A stretch of 64,000 nucleotides of DNA from Candidatus Gottesmanbacteria bacterium (GTDB lineage: Bacteria; Patescibacteriota; Microgenomatia; 2-02-FULL-39-11): positions 21,725 to 85,724 of the forward strand of contig JACPZE010000020.1 of NCBI GenBank assembly GCA_016195685.1. The letters run 5' to 3'. Below the pieces are notes generated by a model. The model was not told the DNA's origin and did not search any database. It saw nothing but the letters and a program-made list of their open reading frames with translations. Positions 38,781 through 48,429 of the stretch are shown in pieces; position 1 is the stretch's first letter, and each line of letters starts with the position of its first letter. The translations under genes were made by a program, and so were the position numbers.

Positions 38781-39992
38781 ATGAAGAAGATATGGTATTG
38801 GATATTTGTCTTATTCATACTTTTAAGATTAGGTTTTCATTCTACTTTTGCTGCACCCAGTTGTCCCACTGATGATCCATGCAAAGATAAGAATAGCCCC
38901 TATGATAAAGTTTCCTGCTACACCGATGTAGTAAATACTTGTTCATCTCAGCGAGAAAGTATGACTGCCCAAGTGGTGTATCTGACTACAAAAATATCCT
39001 TGACCAATGCCAAGATTGAATCCGCCAAAGAAAAGGTAATAGCTTTACAAAACGAAATAGAAGAGTTGACTGGTAAGATCGATGGATTGGAAAAATCCTT
39101 AACCAATATCACAGGGCTTTTTATAAATAGAATTGTCGCCACTTATAAAAATGGCTCACCTTCTTATTTGGATTTACTTCTGACAAGCCGAAAATTTTCT
39201 GATTTTTTCGGCCGCTTTAAATATATCCAAACTATACAGGCACACGATAGGAAACTTCTTTTTCAACTACAAAACAGTAAGGTTAATTTTGAGGATCAAA
39301 AACAATTGCGTGAACAAAAAAGAAAAGAATTGGCTGATTTGCAAAAACAGTTGGAGAAAGAACAATCTACTCTGGCAATACAAAAACGAGATAAAGAAGT
39401 ATTCTTGGAAATTACTAGAAATAGTGAATCTATTTATAGACAGAATTTGACTGCTGCTCAACGTGAGGCACAAAACATACAACAGGCAGCCTCAATTTTA
39501 TCAACTGCCGGAGTGGCAAAACACATGAATAAGGGAGAAACAATTGGGGTGATGGGTAATACCGGATTTTCTACAGGCCCTCATCTGCATTTCGGTGTAT
39601 ACAATTTGCGTGAATCTGATTTAAATAAATTTAATTTTGAGGGTGGTTATGAAAATCCATTTAACGATTTGTCTTCCCGTTCATTGCCATTTAATGCAAA
39701 TTCATGCGATGACGTGAATGGTAGTCAGACAAAATCTATTGGCAGTGGCTCTTGGGATTGGCCAATGTCTTCGCCAACAATCACACAATGCTTCGGTCAC
39801 ACTCCATTTTCTGCAGCATATTACAAATCAGGAATTCATAGTGGAGTAGATATGTATGATGATGCCAATCCTCTTATAAAAGCAGTTGACAGCGGTAATG
39901 CATATGTTTATCGAGGAGGCCAATCTGCAGGAAACGGAGTTTTTATATTTCATGATAACGGAAAGATGACGTTATACTGGCATCTGCAATAA
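38781..39992 (+). CDS. Coiled-coil murein hydrolase (EnvC/CwlO-like) with circularly permuted M23 domain
   Basis: Signal peptide, long coiled coil, GNTGFSTGPHLHF preceding HSGVD...YWHLQ. Confidence 0.8.
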   Translation: MKKIWYWIFVLFILLRLGFHSTFAAPSCPTDDPCKDKNSPYDKVSCYTDVVNTCSSQRESMTAQVVYLTTKISLTNAKIESAKEKVIALQNEIEELTGKIDGLEKSLTNITGLFINRIVATYKNGSPSYLDLLLTSRKFSDFFGRFKYIQTIQAHDRKLLFQLQNSKVNFEDQKQLREQKRKELADLQKQLEKEQSTLAIQKRDKEVFLEITRNSESIYRQNLTAAQREAQNIQQAASILSTAGVAKHMNKGETIGVMGNTGFSTGPHLHFGVYNLRESDLNKFNFEGGYENPFNDLSSRSLPFNANSCDDVNGSQTKSIGSGSWDWPMSSPTITQCFGHTPFSAAYYKSGIHSGVDMYDDANPLIKAVDSGNAYVYRGGQSAGNGVFIFHDNGKMTLYWHLQ

Positions 39993-40000
39993 AAGTTAAA

Positions 40001-40879
40001 ATGCAAAATGCAAAATTGCAACGCAAAGTTAAAAAGTTATTAGTATTTTTTTGTATAATCTGTTTATTACTTAATTCTAGTCAATCAGTATTTGCAAAGA
40101 TTGAAGTCAACAATTATCCATCCAAAATTGAAATAAATAAAGAATTTGAAATAGATGTAGTTTTAAGTAATCTTACAGACCCTACGCACTTTTTGAGTAT
40201 TGCCCTCCATAAAAATTCCGGCGATCCATATTTTGGACAGACACAAAAGGGAGATAATTGGATTGAGGCTGATGATAGTAATTGCAAAAGTTTTCCAGGT
40301 GTAACCATTTCCGAAGGTTCTTGGAGCGGAAAATTAAAAGGCAAGATTAATTACAATGAAAAAGATTTTGATAATAGTTTGGGAAATTATATTTTAAAAG
40401 TTTTTAAATATACAGATTCCTGCAATAAATCTGACTCAAATGATTTGACGGTTGAATTATTTGACTCAAATCCTCCGCTTACTGCCACTCCGGTTCCTAC
40501 AAATACACCCGGTCCTACTTCTGTCCCTACTTCTACTCCTACAAATACTTCTGTACCGACGGCTAACTCTAAATCCCAAAATTCACCAACGGTTTATATG
40601 TCGCCAACTATAAAGCAGACTGTACCAACAATTACATATATAAAATCAAATAATAATTTAGTCGCTTCAGAAAATGCGTCATCGGGTGCATTTTTAGGAG
40701 AAACTTCTGACCCGACAGTCACTGTAGAAGAAGAGAAACATAGTTCAGCCGCATCATCTGCCAAAAATTCATTCCCAATATTTGCATTTCTTATTGGAAG
40801 CGGAGTCGTATTGATAGGGACAGCCGCAGTATTAAGCGCAAGACAGATCAAAAATAACCAAAAAGAAAATAAATCTTAA
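40001..40879 (+). CDS. Hypothetical surface protein with Pro/Thr linker and C-terminal TM
   Basis: Signal peptide, Ig-like beta region, PT repeats, TM plus basic tail. Confidence 0.7.
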   Translation: MQNAKLQRKVKKLLVFFCIICLLLNSSQSVFAKIEVNNYPSKIEINKEFEIDVVLSNLTDPTHFLSIALHKNSGDPYFGQTQKGDNWIEADDSNCKSFPGVTISEGSWSGKLKGKINYNEKDFDNSLGNYILKVFKYTDSCNKSDSNDLTVELFDSNPPLTATPVPTNTPGPTSVPTSTPTNTSVPTANSKSQNSPTVYMSPTIKQTVPTITYIKSNNNLVASENASSGAFLGETSDPTVTVEEEKHSSAASSAKNSFPIFAFLIGSGVVLIGTAAVLSARQIKNNQKENKS

Positions 40880-41349
40880 ACCTTCTTCTGCATAAATTTC
40901 TTAAATGGCCCAAATCCATATTTCTCCCAAGCAGTTTTTCCTGTAATATTTTTTTCCTCGACATAAAGCTCAATATAAGAAATATTTTTAGTTTTAAACC
41001 ATTCTCTTGCAGCATTTTCCAATAATTTACCGATGCCAAGTTTCCTGAAATCATCTTCAATAATCATATATGAAATATGGCCTACTGATTTTGTCTTAAA
41101 CCACGGGTAAAGATATTTTATAAATCCGCTGATGAATCCGACTATATTTCCGTTGGCTGGATCTTGAGCAATGATGATAAATTGATATGGATGATTTAAC
41201 TGATCCTTCACCCATAACCCAAATAATTCATCAAAATTTTCTTCCAGCTGGTAATAGTCAAAATCAAACTGAGTATGCAGATCGAGTAATTTTCTACCTA
41301 ATTTGACGATTGGTTGTATATCTTCTACATTGGCGTGTCTTACATGCAT
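40876..41349 (-). CDS. GNAT acetyltransferase
   Basis: FRKLGIGKLL, WEKYGF. Confidence 0.88.
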   Translation of the reverse strand: MHVRHANVEDIQPIVKLGRKLLDLHTQFDFDYYQLEENFDELFGLWVKDQLNHPYQFIIIAQDPANGNIVGFISGFIKYLYPWFKTKSVGHISYMIIEDDFRKLGIGKLLENAAREWFKTKNISYIELYVEEKNITGKTAWEKYGFGPFKKFMQKKV

Positions 41350-41379
41350 GATTTTTGATTATACAATATAATATGATAC

Positions 41380-41490
41380 AAATTTCTAATTGCTAATTCT
41401 TAATTTCTAATGAATGTTTAAATGTTTAAATATTTAAAAATTAATTAATTCAAAATTGATTAAAAATTTGAAATTAAAAATTTAAAATTC
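41380..41490. repeat. AT-rich degenerate 7/8-mer repeat tract
   Basis: TTTCTAA/TTGCTAA, AATGTTTA, AAATTTG units. Confidence 0.6.
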
Positions 41491-41495
41491 TAACT

Positions 41496-41936
41496 ATGAG
41501 AAATATTTATATCACAAATAGTCCAGATAAGACAAAGAAATTAGCTAAAGAGATTGTTTCTCAATTTTCTGGTGGGGAAGTGGTTTGTCTATATGGTGAT
41601 CTGGGCGCTGGTAAAACTGCTTTTGTACAGGGAATGATCGACTATTTTATACCCGGGAAAAGAGTTTTGTCCCCTACTTTTATCATTGTGCGACATTATC
41701 GGATAAATCATAAATTGATTGATAAATTTCTTCATGTTGATTTGTATAGACTGCAGGATATAAAAGAAATTAGAAAGCTGGAATTTTTTGAATCCATACA
41801 GAAATCGGATTCCATAGTTGCAATTGAATGGGCCGAAAAATTAGAGAATTTAATCCCTAAGCCGAGGATAGATATACATATCAAAAATTTAGACAAGGAT
41901 AGAAGAGAGATAAAAATAAAATATGTCAAATCTTAA
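41496..41936 (+). CDS. tsaE: t6A biosynthesis ATPase TsaE
   Basis: GDLGAGKT, SPTF, HVDLYRL, IEWAE. Confidence 0.95.
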   Translation: MRNIYITNSPDKTKKLAKEIVSQFSGGEVVCLYGDLGAGKTAFVQGMIDYFIPGKRVLSPTFIIVRHYRINHKLIDKFLHVDLYRLQDIKEIRKLEFFESIQKSDSIVAIEWAEKLENLIPKPRIDIHIKNLDKDRREIKIKYVKS

Positions 41937-42513
41937 CAAGGCTTCAAATTTATTAAAAGCAGGTGGGATAGTGATTTATCCTACTGATACAGCATTTGGA
42001 ATAGGATGCAGGATAGATCGTGAAAAAAGTATAGAAAAACTTTTCAAAATAAGGAAAAGACCACAAACTCAGGCAACACCTGTATTAGTAAACTCCATAA
42101 AGATGGCTGAAAACTATTTCCAGTCCCCTATTCCAGATAATGTGCGACATATGATGAAAGACTTTTGGCCAGGGGCGTTGACAATTATATATAAATGTAA
42201 AGAAGATCTTATCCCCCCACTGGTTCGTGGCGGTGGCAATACAATTGGACTAAGGATGCCAAACCATAAAATAACATTGAATCTTATAAACACTGTTGGT
42301 GTACCAATTCTTGGGCCATCAGCCAATTTCCATGGTGATCCTACTCCCTATGACTTTGATAGTTTAAACAAAGAATTATCAAGTTTGGCAGATTATGTTG
42401 TACGAGGAGTTTGTTTAGAAAGCAGAGCATCTACAGTGATTGACACAAGCGTAGTTCCTTTTAAAATAATTAGGCAAGGACCGTTAGTAATACCTGAAAA
42501 GTATATAAAATGA
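41923..42513 (+). CDS. tsaC: Threonylcarbamoyl-AMP synthase (TsaC/Sua5)
   Basis: YPTDTAFG, FWPGALT, LRMPNH, PSANFHG. Confidence 0.93.
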   Translation: MSNLNKASNLLKAGGIVIYPTDTAFGIGCRIDREKSIEKLFKIRKRPQTQATPVLVNSIKMAENYFQSPIPDNVRHMMKDFWPGALTIIYKCKEDLIPPLVRGGGNTIGLRMPNHKITLNLINTVGVPILGPSANFHGDPTPYDFDSLNKELSSLADYVVRGVCLESRASTVIDTSVVPFKIIRQGPLVIPEKYIK

Positions 42514-42827
42514 AAAAAAGCCCAGTAATTTTATCCATCGATACAAGTGACAGCAAAAAAGTGAAACTTACACTTTTATTAAAAGGTAGTCAGTTTTCGA
42601 AAATTACAGAGAATAATTGGATATCTCAAAGTTTACTTCCGGCCATAGAGGCATTACTTTCTGAAAATAATATAAAAATTACCGATCTGACAGAAATCAC
42701 AGTACATACAGGCCCGGGCTCTTATACGGGACTGCGTGTGGGGATATCTGTAGCCAATACTCTCTCATATTTACTCAAAATACCTATAAATGGAAAGAAG
42801 GATCGGCTTGTCATACCGGACTATTGA
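42510..42827 (+). CDS. tsaB: TsaB, short N-terminal-domain-only form
   Basis: LSIDTS, GPGSYTGLRVG; only 105 aa. Confidence 0.8.
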   Translation: MKKSPVILSIDTSDSKKVKLTLLLKGSQFSKITENNWISQSLLPAIEALLSENNIKITDLTEITVHTGPGSYTGLRVGISVANTLSYLLKIPINGKKDRLVIPDY

Positions 42828-42840
42828 AATCTAAATTTAT

Positions 42841-42869
42841 TTGACAGCTAAGCGTGGTTGTACTATAGT
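42841..42869 (+). promoter_or_regulatory. sigma70-type promoter
   Basis: TTGACA-17 bp-TATAGT. Confidence 0.65.
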
Positions 42870-42880
42870 TACAACCGGTT

Positions 42881-44302
42881 ATGACCATGACAAATATTCT
42901 GCCCAAAAAGTTTTTCCTTGCTATATTTTTCCTCATTTCCTCATTTTTCCTATTTGTTTTTCCATCTTTTGCCCAGGAATACAAACCGGATGAGGTGGTA
43001 GTAAAAATGCGTCCTTCCAATTCTTTGGAAGAACGACTGAAATTTCACCATGAAATCGGTGCCCAACAGACTTTTCAGATAGAAAATTTAGGTGTAGATA
43101 TTTTGCATTTTGAAGGTATTCCAATAGAGCGAATTTTGGAAAGACTCAAATCTGACCCCCGGATTTTGTACGCTGAACCAAACTACAAAGCTACAGCCTT
43201 TGACATGACTAATGACCCAGCCCTTCTACAAAATCTGCAGTGGGGTTTACTTAAAGTACAAGCTGCTGCCAATACTGATAGCGCTTGGACTATCAGTAGA
43301 GGTCGATCATCAATTCAAGTGGCTGTTTTAGATACTGGAATCGATTCAAATCACCAAGATCTACAGGGCAAAGTTAGTGCATCAAAAAATTGTACTGATA
43401 GCAATACCGTCGATGATCGTTATGGTCATGGTACTCACGTATCAGGCATTATTTCTGCCGATACTAACAACGGAATCGGAGTAGCTGGTGTCGGATATAA
43501 TATTTCTCTTATCAATGCAAAGGGATTAGGAGATGATGGATCGGGGTATTATTCATGGCTTGCAGATTGTCTAGTATGGGCTACGGATAATGGAGCAAAG
43601 GTAATCAATATGAGTTTGGGTGGATCATCCGACTCGCAATTATTATCAGATGCTATAAATTATGCATGGAATAAAGGAGTGGTTCTGGTAGCTGCCGCAG
43701 GAAATTCCGGGAGTAACTCTCCTTCTTATCCTGGTTATTATTCCAATGTAATCTCGGTAGCAGCAACAGATCAAAATGACGCAAAGGCCTCTTTTTCAAA
43801 CTACGGGAATTGGGTAAAAGTGGCCGCTCCTGGAGTAGGTATTTATTCGACTTTGCCAGATACTCCCAATGCTTTCAAACAAACAACTTACGGATATGGT
43901 TCTGGTACTTCTATGGCGACACCTTTCGTATCTGGACTTGCTGGTCTTATTTTTAGTTTAGGTAATTTTGACAATACGACTGTGGTAAATTATATCCAGA
44001 ATAATGCCGACAAAATTCCCGGTACGGGGTCAAATTGGGTATATGGGAGGATCAATGCTTACCAAAGCTTGTTAGCTGCCAGAGGAACAGGGAACGTTAG
44101 ACCGAGTATATCACCTACACCTACTAATACACCAACTCCTATTCCTACTTCTACCCCCACACCGAAACCGACTTCAACTCCTACACCTACTCCCACTCCA
44201 ACGACTGCATCTATACCTGTTTCTCCCAAAGCGCCTACTCCTCCTCCAGTACCACCATGGTTAGCGAGACTTTGCAGCAGGTTGCCTATCCTTTGTCACT
44301 AA
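42881..44302 (+). CDS. S8 subtilisin-like (thermitase-like) serine protease with PT-rich tail
   Basis: VAVLDTG, GHGTHVSG, AAAGN, SGTSMATP. Confidence 0.93.
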   Translation: MTMTNILPKKFFLAIFFLISSFFLFVFPSFAQEYKPDEVVVKMRPSNSLEERLKFHHEIGAQQTFQIENLGVDILHFEGIPIERILERLKSDPRILYAEPNYKATAFDMTNDPALLQNLQWGLLKVQAAANTDSAWTISRGRSSIQVAVLDTGIDSNHQDLQGKVSASKNCTDSNTVDDRYGHGTHVSGIISADTNNGIGVAGVGYNISLINAKGLGDDGSGYYSWLADCLVWATDNGAKVINMSLGGSSDSQLLSDAINYAWNKGVVLVAAAGNSGSNSPSYPGYYSNVISVAATDQNDAKASFSNYGNWVKVAAPGVGIYSTLPDTPNAFKQTTYGYGSGTSMATPFVSGLAGLIFSLGNFDNTTVVNYIQNNADKIPGTGSNWVYGRINAYQSLLAARGTGNVRPSISPTPTNTPTPIPTSTPTPKPTSTPTPTPTPTTASIPVSPKAPTPPPVPPWLARLCSRLPILCH

Positions 44303-45802
44303 ATTTGGGGGATTTTTTATTCTGACAAATATAGAAGCTCGTGTGTCGCTGTAGACTATTTTCCATTTACCCATCTTTACTAATTCCATGAGTCTACGGT
44401 GGATAGGTTTGGCTGTAGTCATGAATACTACATTATAATCAGACTGGTCGATATCTTTTCTGTTTTGTTCAAATGGATAATAGTCTATAAAAGCACTATA
44501 ACCGGAACTATCTCTCCAAAGATGCATCCGTCCGTCAATACTGGGTTTTATTTCGGGGTAATTGGCGATGAGCCATCCCCCCCAATTGTAAAAAGTCATA
44601 AGTTTACCGGTGTATTTATAATTTTTCAGAAATTCTGCAGCTTGTGGTGAACATCCGATGAAATCACAGTATCTATTCCAATCTACGGCAGTTACATTTT
44701 CCGTAGGGGCTTTGGCAAATATAATATACCCGTAAAAAAACACCAAAACCAAGACACATATAGTAGCAGATATTTCAGAAAGCTTTGGTTTTATAGAAGA
44801 TATGAAAACTCTGACAACAGGGATAGATATCAAAAGCAAAACCCAGGTATATCTTCTTACTTGTATCGAGAGGATAAGAAGCAAAATTACAGGAATAATG
44901 TAATGGATATTCTTGAAGAAATTTTTCCGAAGGATAAATATCCCCAGGCTTAATATCACTAAAGCTTCCCAAAACATAAGGTTCCACCAAAGTGCGGAAA
45001 ATCTGTCAAAAGGCAGCCATTCGATGATAAATTGTTGTAGAGGATTGCCGAAATGTCGCAATGATTCTATATATATGTGTAGTCCGAAAGGGTTTATTAG
45101 TGTTGAGGTTAAGGATGAGAAAAATATCAAGCTCAAATATTTTCCTTCTCCCAAGACTTTCTTTCTTTCATCGCCGATTGAAGTTAAATAATATTTTTGC
45201 AATATATAAAATACCAACATTAAAAAGAGTATGCCCAATCCCAAGATAAACTGTCCGTGGAAATTAGACCACAGCAAAAAAAGAGGGAGAAAACACCATG
45301 CATATTTTTTCTTGCCCGCAATATATCTACTCAAAATATAATAAAGCATGGCAAAAGCAAGTAAAGTCAACTGTTGTCCACGGAACGAGACTTCTATAAA
45401 AGGTGATTCAAGGTAAAGAAGAATGGGGAATAATATTGTTTTTTCCCAAAATGTCAGGTGGGCTGCTTTAGAAAAAAAATAAAAAGTAAAAGTCATCACT
45501 AATGCACCTAATATAGATATTCCAAGAAAACTGAAGTTATGGAAAACAAGATATGTGAGAAGGTCAGTCGCCCATGAACTATTTATCCAATGGAAGCCAG
45601 CCATCATGGTAGAGAAAATATTCTCGCGGAGAACTGCGTGATGTTGGAAAAAATACTCCCCGTACTTGATATGCCAGCCCATATCTGAATCGTAAGGAAC
45701 ATACAGAGAATATGTGAAAACGATAACCAAAGGAAAAAACCGGATAAAAATATCTTTAAGAGTCTTCATTTTAATGGTGATGATTATACCATAAGGCGAC
45801 AA
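44261..45802 (-). CDS. Polytopic membrane protein, probable GT-C glycosyltransferase
   Basis: DSDMGWH, WSNFHG, IIEWLP, YNWGGWL, IDGRM. Confidence 0.65.
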   Translation of the reverse strand: MSPYGIIITIKMKTLKDIFIRFFPLVIVFTYSLYVPYDSDMGWHIKYGEYFFQHHAVLRENIFSTMMAGFHWINSSWATDLLTYLVFHNFSFLGISILGALVMTFTFYFFSKAAHLTFWEKTILFPILLYLESPFIEVSFRGQQLTLLAFAMLYYILSRYIAGKKKYAWCFLPLFLLWSNFHGQFILGLGILFLMLVFYILQKYYLTSIGDERKKVLGEGKYLSLIFFSSLTSTLINPFGLHIYIESLRHFGNPLQQFIIEWLPFDRFSALWWNLMFWEALVILSLGIFILRKNFFKNIHYIIPVILLLILSIQVRRYTWVLLLISIPVVRVFISSIKPKLSEISATICVLVLVFFYGYIIFAKAPTENVTAVDWNRYCDFIGCSPQAAEFLKNYKYTGKLMTFYNWGGWLIANYPEIKPSIDGRMHLWRDSSGYSAFIDYYPFEQNRKDIDQSDYNVVFMTTAKPIHRRLMELVKMGKWKIVYSDTRASIFVRIKNPPNLVTKDRQPAAKSR

Positions 45803-45835
45803 TACAATCTAAAGTTATTTTCGTGAAAATGCCAC

Positions 45836-45865
45836 TTGACAAGCGTGAAAAAAATGTTTTACATT
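45836..45865 (+). promoter_or_regulatory. sigma70-type promoter
   Basis: TTGACA-18 bp-TACATT. Confidence 0.55.
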
Positions 45866-45876
45866 GGATATAGAGT

Positions 45877-45934
45877 TTGCCTGCCGCAAACGGAAGCAAT
45901 CCTGAGTTTTTACGAAGGGTTGCTTATTATTTTT
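45877..45934 (+). promoter_or_regulatory. Antiterminator-like hairpin overlapping a terminator (copy 1)
   Basis: TTGC-CTG-CCG-CAAA-CGG-AA-GCAA competes with AAGCAATCCT/AGGGTTGCTT plus T-rich tail. Confidence 0.6.
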
Positions 45935-46028
45935 GATAAAGTTTAGCACCTGCCCGGTGTAAATTTCTAGTACAAATTTAGTTAGATTACTGCCATTATG
46001 TATTGTTGTCTGCCCTCTGCCCAAGGAC

Positions 46029-46079
46029 ACACTCGAACCTCGATCCGCGAGTAACGGAACGGGGTGAGAGTGTTTTTTT
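46029..46079 (+). terminator. Second terminator in leader of 46145 gene
   Basis: ACACTC...GAGTGT stem with inner stems, followed by T-run. Confidence 0.65.
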
Positions 46080-46144
46080 GGACAGAAATTATTCTACAAG
46101 TCCCGGCGTAAAGTCGGGATGAGGAAGGGAGGTGAAATGAAATT

Positions 46145-46729
46145 ATGATAAAGAAAATTTTAACAGCATCTTTAGGATTGGGTATGGTTTTGGCTACAGT
46201 TGTTCCTGCTTTTGCAGCAATTAACATTTTCAATACCGGTCCAGGATCAAACGTGGACGCCAGATCTGACCGAGTGAAAAATCTTATATTGAATCTGACT
46301 AATAACTATACGCTCAATCACAAGTTGACTGTCAATCAGACAACCGGTAATAATAGCGCAAGCTTTAACACTGGTTCTGGACTTGCAGCTGCCGGCAATC
46401 AGACTGGAAATCATACCTCAGCGGTTGAGGCAAATTCAGTCAATTTGGATATTAACGCGACTGGTTCGTGCAATTGTGATAATAATATAACCATCAACAC
46501 CACAGGGCCGGGTTCCAATACGACTGCATCTATCAACTCAACAACAAATGTGACCCTGAATTTAACCAACAATGGTACAGTGAACAATACAGTCAAGTCT
46601 ATCGTGAATACCGGTGGTAATAGTGCCAATAATAACACTGGTAATGGTACTGCTCTCGGTGGTGATTCAAATGTGTGGACTTTAGTGACAACCAAACTTA
46701 ATTCAGTCTGGCTTAAATTAGTTATGTAA
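46145..46729 (+). CDS. Secreted Asn/Thr-rich repeat protein (2 repeats)
   Basis: SD GGAGGTGA; signal peptide ending PAFA; two NTGPGSN...TG(N/G)NSA..NTG units. Confidence 0.85.
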   Translation: MIKKILTASLGLGMVLATVVPAFAAINIFNTGPGSNVDARSDRVKNLILNLTNNYTLNHKLTVNQTTGNNSASFNTGSGLAAAGNQTGNHTSAVEANSVNLDINATGSCNCDNNITINTTGPGSNTTASINSTTNVTLNLTNNGTVNNTVKSIVNTGGNSANNNTGNGTALGGDSNVWTLVTTKLNSVWLKLVM

Positions 46730-46751
46730 AGTCAGTTTTTGTATTTACATC

Positions 46752-46779
46752 AGGGCCCCGCCTCCGGCGGGGCTCTTTT
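46752..46779 (+). terminator. Intrinsic terminator
   Basis: AGGGCCCCGCC-TCC-GGCGGGGCTCT-TTT. Confidence 0.85.
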
Positions 46780-46829
46780 GTGGGAATCATCTTGCATCCT
46801 GATATGTTTTGATATAGAATTCGCGAAAC

Positions 46830-48398
46830 ATGATACAGAAAATTAAAAAATGGTTTTCTACGGAAAATCTTATTATTGCTGCAGTGATATTTGTAGCAAT
46901 TTTCTTCACCAAATTCCCCACTCTATATCATTGGTTAAATACGCCGAAAGGTTATTGGTATCCTAAAAATACTTCCTGGTTTGATGCATGGGATATAAAC
47001 GTATATGTTTCTTATATAAGGTACGGCCAGAAAGCTGGAGTATTTTTGGAAAATACGTATACCACGGTTCCTCATCCCAAAGAATTTATTTATCAATACT
47101 ATACTTTCCTTGGAGTATTCAACAGGTTTTTACATTTAGATCCTTTTGTACTTTTCCATCTTGCTTCCATTGCGACTTCTATAGTTCTTATCTTGGTTAC
47201 ATATTATGTCATTAAGATATTTATTGAAGACAATACTCTTCGGATAGCTGCTTTTATTATCTCTATATTAGGCGGGGGTTTTGGATGGATATCATATCTA
47301 CAGGGAGCAGACATATGGAATGCGGGATTTACTACGGTCAATGCATTTGAGCGCGGACATGACGCTCTCGGCACGGTGTTTTTACTCTTATCGATGGTAA
47401 ATATATATCTTTTTACGGCTACGAGGTCTACTAAATATCTTCTTTACGGTATTTTCTCTAGTCTAGGCAGTATTGCCATCAATCCTACATTTATAATACT
47501 TTACCTTCCTGTCTCTTTGGCAGCCACGTTTTCGGCCGAAAATAATAAACAAAGAATGAAAAGCCTAATATACCCAATTTCATTAGCGGTGATGTTTTCC
47601 ATTTATTATCTTTTATTTCTGGCCCATCTAAGTACAAATCCAGGTTTTGCAAATATTGGCCAAACAAATCTAGGAATAATCAATTCATTTAGCTTAATTT
47701 CTGGTTTTGGTTTTTTATCTATATTTTTGATGTGGACACTTATGTCCAATTATAAAAATAATAATAAGATTATTTTTGTAAATTTTTTTTTCTTAAGCCA
47801 ATTATTTTTTGTATATTTTCCGGTTGATTTCAATCTTTATTTTATAAAGGGATTATATTTATGGGGAGTAATTTTAGCTTCATATGGTTTAAATACTCTT
47901 ATAACAAATAAAAAAATTCTGAATGTAACTTCCACGGTTCTGGTACTTACAGCTATCCTGACGAGAGTGTATATATTCAATAGTTTGATGAATGCGGAAA
48001 CTCAAAATCCCTTTTTCTATTTGACTAAACCTGAAGGTGAAGCCATATCGTATATGGCAAAGTTGCCATCCGATAAGGCGGTACTTAGTCTATATAGAGT
48101 AGGTAACTATATCCCGGCCCATACTGACAATATAGTTTACTATGGTCATAAACACCAAACACCAAATGGAGAGACTACACTTAGGATGTCTCAACTTTTT
48201 TATACTTCTTTAAATGAGGAACAGCAAAGGAAATTTTTGTCGGATAATCATATAGATTATATTTATTACGGTATAGAAGAAGCTCAACTACGGAAAAATA
48301 ACAAATTGGAAATATCAACCCCTTTTCCATATTTTCCTATAGTATTTAGTAATGACTCGGTTATCGTCTTTGGAACAGGAAAAAGTGAGATTAAATAA
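46830..48398 (+). CDS. Polytopic membrane protein, probable GT-C (paralog A)
   Basis: DAWD..Y.SYIRYG, GNYIPAHT..VYYGH, IDYIYYG. Confidence 0.65.
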   Translation: MIQKIKKWFSTENLIIAAVIFVAIFFTKFPTLYHWLNTPKGYWYPKNTSWFDAWDINVYVSYIRYGQKAGVFLENTYTTVPHPKEFIYQYYTFLGVFNRFLHLDPFVLFHLASIATSIVLILVTYYVIKIFIEDNTLRIAAFIISILGGGFGWISYLQGADIWNAGFTTVNAFERGHDALGTVFLLLSMVNIYLFTATRSTKYLLYGIFSSLGSIAINPTFIILYLPVSLAATFSAENNKQRMKSLIYPISLAVMFSIYYLLFLAHLSTNPGFANIGQTNLGIINSFSLISGFGFLSIFLMWTLMSNYKNNNKIIFVNFFFLSQLFFVYFPVDFNLYFIKGLYLWGVILASYGLNTLITNKKILNVTSTVLVLTAILTRVYIFNSLMNAETQNPFFYLTKPEGEAISYMAKLPSDKAVLSLYRVGNYIPAHTDNIVYYGHKHQTPNGETTLRMSQLFYTSLNEEQQRKFLSDNHIDYIYYGIEEAQLRKNNKLEISTPFPYFPIVFSNDSVIVFGTGKSEIK

Positions 48399-48429
48399 TC
48401 CGCCAAGGCGAGATTTACAATTTAAAACT

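Noticed and set aside
42899-42910. Further TGCCCA occurrence near subtilase start
   Set aside because: Within the coding region and lacks a convincing stem
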